Of a stretch of 64,000 bases of DNA, positions 59,254-64,000 are shown in pieces; position 1 is the stretch's first letter, and every line of letters starts with the position of its first letter. The stretch spans positions 2,666,001-2,730,000 of the forward strand of contig JAYWIR010000007.1 in assembly GCA_036172245.1 (NCBI GenBank), in the 5' to 3' direction. The position numbers were made by a program, and so were the translations under genes. The notes beneath the pieces were generated by a model, which had not been told where the DNA came from, searched no databases, and worked only from the letters and a program-made list of their open reading frames with translations. The DNA comes from Raillietiella orientalis (lineage: Eukaryota).

Positions 59254-60379
59254 AAGAGGTGCGCTTTCGGAGATGGCGGTAATGCTGACGGCGGAGGGTG
59301 GTCGATGCCACTGACAGCATCAGCGGGAGACCCGGGGACGTTTCCCGGAGCGTGAAGCACCACCACCTGGGCTTGCCGGTAGCGGCAGCACCTGCAAGCG
59401 GAGGAGCACAGATTTCCTTCTTGCCTTTGTTGTGGTTTCAATCCGGCGGCGAGGTTTCCGGATGCCCAGCCCCACACAAATTTGGAAAATGGGAAGAGAA
59501 AATGGGGGGAGGGGGGAGGGGGAGGATGAGAAAGCCAGGGAAGCTTGAAGGTTTTTTCCACAAGCCGGAAATTCCAAATATCGAGCAGGTCTTCCTCGAG
59601 GGGACGGGCTGGAGCACTCGTACGAACCACGGGATCTTCGAAGGAGTGCTCTGTCCTGGCAGCTCGCGGGCGGTGGTCCATATCTCCCTATGAGCATATT
59701 ACAAAAAAACCTCAGGAGCTTTCTCTCTGACGGAGAGGACACGGTGGGCGGCAAGAATCTTGAATTTTCGATGAGGGGCATGCGATCGGCGGGAAATCGC
59801 TTGCACCTCCAGAACCCAGAGGGCGTAACTAGGAAGGTGTTTTATCCCAGTATCAGGGGGAGCCGCAGAGCGTTTCGTAAGCACCCGATCGTCTGCGTCG
59901 TGCTTTCTCCTTTTACTTGTGAAAAACGAGAGAGGGCACAGCACTATCCAAAATCCGGAAGAAACGTCAGCGGATGTCGTCACGGCTCGGTTAACTCATT
60001 GCCCAGGCTGCTGTTGCCAGGTTGCCGTCTCGGGCTTTACCGGCCCTCGGACTCATCATCGCTTGGCGTGGTCGTCTCTGGGACTCATCGCTGCTGCTTG
60101 GGATTTGGCGCCGTTCGAGCTCGTGACCCTCCGCCGTCAAGATGGCCGCTGCTCTGGGTTACGGTTCGCTCGGGGGTGAGGGGTAGGTGGGGGGACAAGC
60201 TTGCCGCTTCTCGGTTGTTGATCGGTTGGACCGATTGTCTGGAGCCACGCCAGCTCGCAGCGTTTGCAGACGCACGCACGTGGCGCTTAGCGTCCGCTGT
60301 CTTCAGCAGCCTCACGGACAGGTGTGGCGGACAGGCTGGCGCGTTGCGCAAGGGTGCCGCACGCGGTCTTGGACGCCCA

Positions 60380-60419
60380 GACTCGTATCCACGCAGCGAA
60401 CGCTGCGTGGATACGAGTC
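60380..60419. repeat. Perfect 19-bp inverted repeat with 2-nt spacer
   Basis: GACTCGTATCCACGCAGCG-AA-CGCTGCGTGGATACGAGTC; the arms are exact reverse complements. Confidence 0.97.
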
Positions 60420-61095
60420 GGAGGGGCAGCGCCGGGACCTCGCCACGCCCTCGCCGAGACCAAGGAGGCGAGCGAGACCATCCCGGAATCGGATGCCCTT
60501 GGATCCGGAAGGAAAAGGGGAAAAGTCGGGGAGGGCGGCGGCACGAAACCGGAGATCCCAGCGCGCGCGCGCGCGTGCGCGGGGCGAAGGGGGAGCAAAT
60601 TTTCCCGGGAAGCGCCCCGCGATTCTCGCGCGCGTCTGGAAGAGGGTGAGAGACGGGGCTCTCTCATTAAGGAAGCACCGCCGCGAGATCCTACCGTCGC
60701 GGGGAAAGCAGTCCGCCGTGGGGGGCGGGGTCGGCACGAAGACCGCGGCCCCTCCGCCTAGCCCCGACGACGCTCCAGACGGCGTCCCGTTCCCGCGTCG
60801 GCCGCTTGTTTGTTTGTTTGCGCGAGCAGAACCCAGTGGAGGGGGAAGGAAAGAGGAAGGGGGGAGGGATAGAAGGGTAGCGGCTCCGCGTTCCAAACAG
60901 GAGATTCCCGCCTCCGAAACGCTTCCGGGAAACACCGCAGCGGTCACGAAAGAAAAACAAAAACAATAAAGTGTCCAAAATCGTGCGTGCGAGTTTGCTC
61001 TTCTCCACGCCTTCCCTCCCCTCCCCCCCTCCCTTCCTTAGGGAGGGAACGGAAGGCGGCGCGGCAAGGGAGGAACGGAGACAGGGAGGCGGACC

Positions 61096-61096
<1 letters not shown>

Positions 61097-61129
<33 letters not shown>
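61097..61129. repeat. (CAG)11 microsatellite, ~80 nt inside Wnt1 intron 1
   Basis: Direct reading. Confidence 0.95.
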
Positions 61130-61130
<1 letters not shown>

Positions 61131-61210
61131 TCCCCTCGTCCTCCCTTCCTTTTCTTTCCCATGGGTTCATCCTTCCCCTTCCCCTTCTTCCGCGGCCCAG
61201 CAACACTCAC

Positions 61211-61314
61211 CACCATTTGCTTCCTCTTCCTCGGGTCTTGGCGAGCACTTCCTCCGACAGCAGGAGCAGCAGGACTGCCGCGCAGGCGGCTCTCCGGTAC
61301 GCGCACCGACGCAT
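61211..61314 (-). CDS. Wnt1: Wnt1/wingless coding exon 1 (signal peptide), MRRCAYRRAACAAVLLLLLSEEVLAKTRGRGSKW(W)
   Basis: Not in the ORF track; read manually. ATG at 61314, hydrophobic core VLLLLL, then RGRGSKWW, matching the RGRGSxWW motif after the signal peptide of arthropod Wingless. Ends TG|GTGAGT (phase 2); 104 nt joins exon 2 in frame. Confidence 0.9.
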
Positions 61315-62320
61315 CTCCGATGGCGGGTCCGCGATCAGAACCGGCTACCGGCGCTCGAGCGTGTGCCGTGGCTGCCTTCTCTCGCTCCTTTCGGGCATCT
61401 CGGATCCTGCCTGCTTCAGGACCACCTTCGGCACTCGAGCGCATCCACTCCCCGGTGTCGGAACGCGGGGCAGAGGAGAAGGGGGGGGGGAGGAGAGAAA
61501 AGAAGAAAGAAAGAAAGGAAGGAAGGAAAAAAAAAAAAAAAAAAAAAAAAAAAGGAAGAGAAAAAAAATCGAGGAGAGAGAGAGAGAGAAACGGGAGGAG
61601 GAAGAAGAGGAGGAGGAGGCGAAGAGTGGAAGGAGAGGAAGGAAGGAAGGGGCTAGGGGTGAGGTTCGAGGGAGGACGGTGCCGAAGACGGAGCGAGCCC
61701 TTACCTCACGAGCACGCGCGCGGTAGGAGACGCTCCCCTATTTCCTCTCTCTCCCTGCCTGCGAGCGAGCTCGCACGCGTGGTGCGCAGCGGCGGGCGCT
61801 GCCGCCTCCTCCAGGAGCGGAGTGCACGCCAGCGAGTGCCCGCAAAGGCGGGAAGCAGCAGCATCTCCCTTCCCTCCTTTCCATCCGCCAGACCCCATCC
61901 CGCGACGAAGGCAACGACGTCCTTCAGTGCGGAAGTGACGGAGGGAGGGAGGAAGAGGAAGAGGGGAGGACGGATTCCATCCCCGGACTTTTTCGGAGAG
62001 GAGGAGGAATGGACGCGCGGGCGGAAAGGGTGGAGTCGGCAAGGGGACGGAGAAGGAGGAGGGGAAGGAACGGACGCACACAGAACAGAGAGGAGAGGAG
62101 CGCGCACCCCCGCCGCCGCCGCCGCCGCCGCCGCCGCAGCCGCACCGAGCGAGGAGAGCGCTGGCTGGCGCGGAGCGGCGGCGGGCCTAGCCATAAAGGC
62201 ACCGCGCCCGGCGCTGTGGCTGATGACTTCATCCGTCGCCGGAAGGAGGCGCTCCCGTGTTTTACGCCCGCGATGGCAGGCGGCGGCTGCCCTCGGAGAC
62301 AATTAAGTTATCAGCAGGTG
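61315..62320 (-). promoter_or_regulatory. Probable Wnt1 5' UTR / proximal promoter (CpG-rich); TSS not resolved
   Basis: Immediately upstream of the ATG; very CpG-rich, with a long polypurine tract, (CCG)9, ETS-like CGGAAGT (61930) and CCATAAA/CAATTAA motifs. Confidence 0.45.
62110..62136. repeat. (CCG)9 microsatellite upstream of the Wnt1 start codon
   Basis: Direct reading. Confidence 0.9.
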
Positions 62321-64000
62321 GAGGGGGAGGGAGGGAGCGCGGGAAGGGGAAGCAGGGGAGGGAAGGAGGAAGGAAGGCCAGGAGGTGGACGTCTGTAGGG
62401 ACAAACCAACAAAGGGAAGAGGAAGGGAGCCGCGGACGAGGAGCAGGCGGCAGTGGCAGTGGCAGTGGTGGAAGAGGAGTCAGGGGCGGTGAATAGGAAA
62501 GCCGTACGCGGAAGGAAAAAGGGAAGTGGAAGGAGAAAAAGGAAGGGAGGAGAGGAAAAGAGGAGGGACAGAGAGCATGGAGAGGGCAGGAGAGAAAACC
62601 CGAAAAGAGGACCGCACTCAGGACAAACAGGAAGAGAAAGGGAGAGGAGGAAGACTGCGAATGGAGGGCGGAAGAAGGGCGAAGAGCATGGAGAGGGAAC
62701 TGGGGAGGAATGGGGGGAAAAACACTCGATGGTAGCACCGAAGGAGGAGGGCACGGCCAAGGAAAGGACCCTCGCGGAAGGGGAGTGCGCCATTGGCACC
62801 GAATACCCCTCGCCAGGAAGAAGGGGTCAGCAGTGGTAGCGGTCGCACCGGACGCGCTCCAGCTGCTGAGCGAGGAAGTCGTCAGGAACAGGAAAAATCT
62901 GCTCTTCTTCCTACCTCCGCCTGCGACCTATCCGGCTCCCAGAACGTTTCCGCCTTCCTGTCCGCCTACCCCTTCTTAGGGAAAAGGGGAGGCTGAGGAA
63001 CGCCTGTCTCCCTTCCGTTCGTGTGAGCGACTTCTGGCTCCGTGCTCACCTCCGTTCCCTCCTCTTGCAAGAAAGGGAGAGCAAGAAGGGGGCTCTTTTC
63101 CCTCTGCGTGCAGCGCTCAGCTCGTAAGCTATCCCTCCCATCCCCCATTCGGAAGGCGAGGGAGAGTTTGGAAACACCTCTTCGTTCCTCCCCCTGGTTC
63201 CTCTTTCCCGAGGACCGTTACGCTGCAGCCTACAGACGGCGGCCGCGACCGCCTGTGAATGTGGAGAAGCGTCCTCGCCGCTTCTCGGTGCACCTGCCAT
63301 TCTCTTTGGGAGCGCAGCGGTGGGCGGCCACCCAAAAGTCATGTGACCTCGACGTCTGGGCATCCCTCCGGGAACGGGAGACCGACTGACATCCCGGAGT
63401 TCACGAAAGGGAAAGAGAAGGAGAGGGATGTGAAGGACTCCTGTCTACCGAGCGCAGAAGCATTCCTAGCTCTCTACCTCCTCTTCGTCATCACTGTCGT
63501 CATCATCTTCCGAAGGGATCGCTTCCTGAGTTTGCCGCCCCCGTGATGCCTCTTGCAGCTGAAGATGGCGTTGCCAGGCGCAGCGAGAACGCCTCAGCCC
63601 TCACTTCCGCTCGCTTGGTGGAGCACACTGCTCATGATGGAGGATGGAGTGCGGAGGAAGAACCACCGTCGACCCTGACCCGCTCCCGTCTCGAGAATCC
63701 GTCAATTGCTGCTCCTCTCGTTCCCGGAGCTCGGTAGGAGGAGGAAGGGAAAAGAGAGCATCTGGGGCGGGAACAACAGCGGACTAGCAAGAACGTGGCT
63801 ACAATGGCTGCCAGTCCTTCTTTTCATTTTCCTTCCTTGAACGTCCTCGTTTGCTTTCCACTTCTGGAATGTTGCCGGATGTTCCGAAAGCATCCCGACA
63901 CGTGCTAAAGAAGGAAGACTCATCCCTCCTTTCGATATCCCGGATCTTTTTCCAGAGTGCACGCCACTTCGAGGATTCAAAGGATAGCGGCGGAAGTAGA

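Noticed and set aside
60971..62306. 439-aa and 251-aa plus-strand ORFs with polyQ/polyK/polyE
   Set aside because: Built from microsatellites and the polypurine tract, antisense to Wnt1 exon 1; no domain evidence.
63321..63334. Gli/Ci-like GGCCACCCA upstream of Wnt1, and scattered Su(H)-type YGTGRGAA sites elsewhere
   Set aside because: Single or variant matches at about chance frequency in GC-rich DNA; no clustering or paired sites.
62320..64000. Wnt9 expected next to Wnt1
   Set aside because: No Wnt-like exon in the remaining sequence; it may lie outside the window, so no conclusion is drawn.
1..64000. tRNA, rRNA, CRISPR arrays or prokaryotic operons
   Set aside because: No cloverleaf, rRNA-like or repeat-spacer structure was seen; the sequence has spliceosomal gene architecture.

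Overview
Eukaryotic (animal, most likely arthropod) genomic DNA, GC- and CpG-rich with many low-complexity tracts. It holds two complete four-exon Wnt ligand genes in tandem on the minus strand. Wnt1/wingless has CDS exons 61314-61211, 48182-47902, 44120-43852 and 39482-38991 (381 aa). Wnt10 has CDS exons 11408-11329, 10506-10109, 7778-7504 and 5672-5181 (414 aa). All junctions are GT-AG and both genes have intron phases 2/1/0. This is part of the ancient Wnt1-Wnt6-Wnt10 cluster, but I see no Wnt6 exon in the ~27.5 kb between the two genes. That interval instead contains decayed non-LTR retrotransposon sequence. Introns and intergenic DNA also carry AT-rich islands dense in homeodomain/Fox/Caudal-type motifs (candidate enhancers), decayed APE-type and RLE-type LINE fragments, microsatellites, (CG)n tracts and one perfect 19-bp inverted repeat. 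Nearly all other entries in the ORF track look like chance ORFs in GC-rich non-coding DNA. I did not find a convincing novel multi-gene system. The most notable points are the missing Wnt6, substitutions in both ligands within the same conserved WxWGGC motif, an atypical Pro-rich Wnt10 N-terminus, and the perfect intronic palindrome. Transposon and enhancer calls are by-eye motif matches and need computational confirmation.
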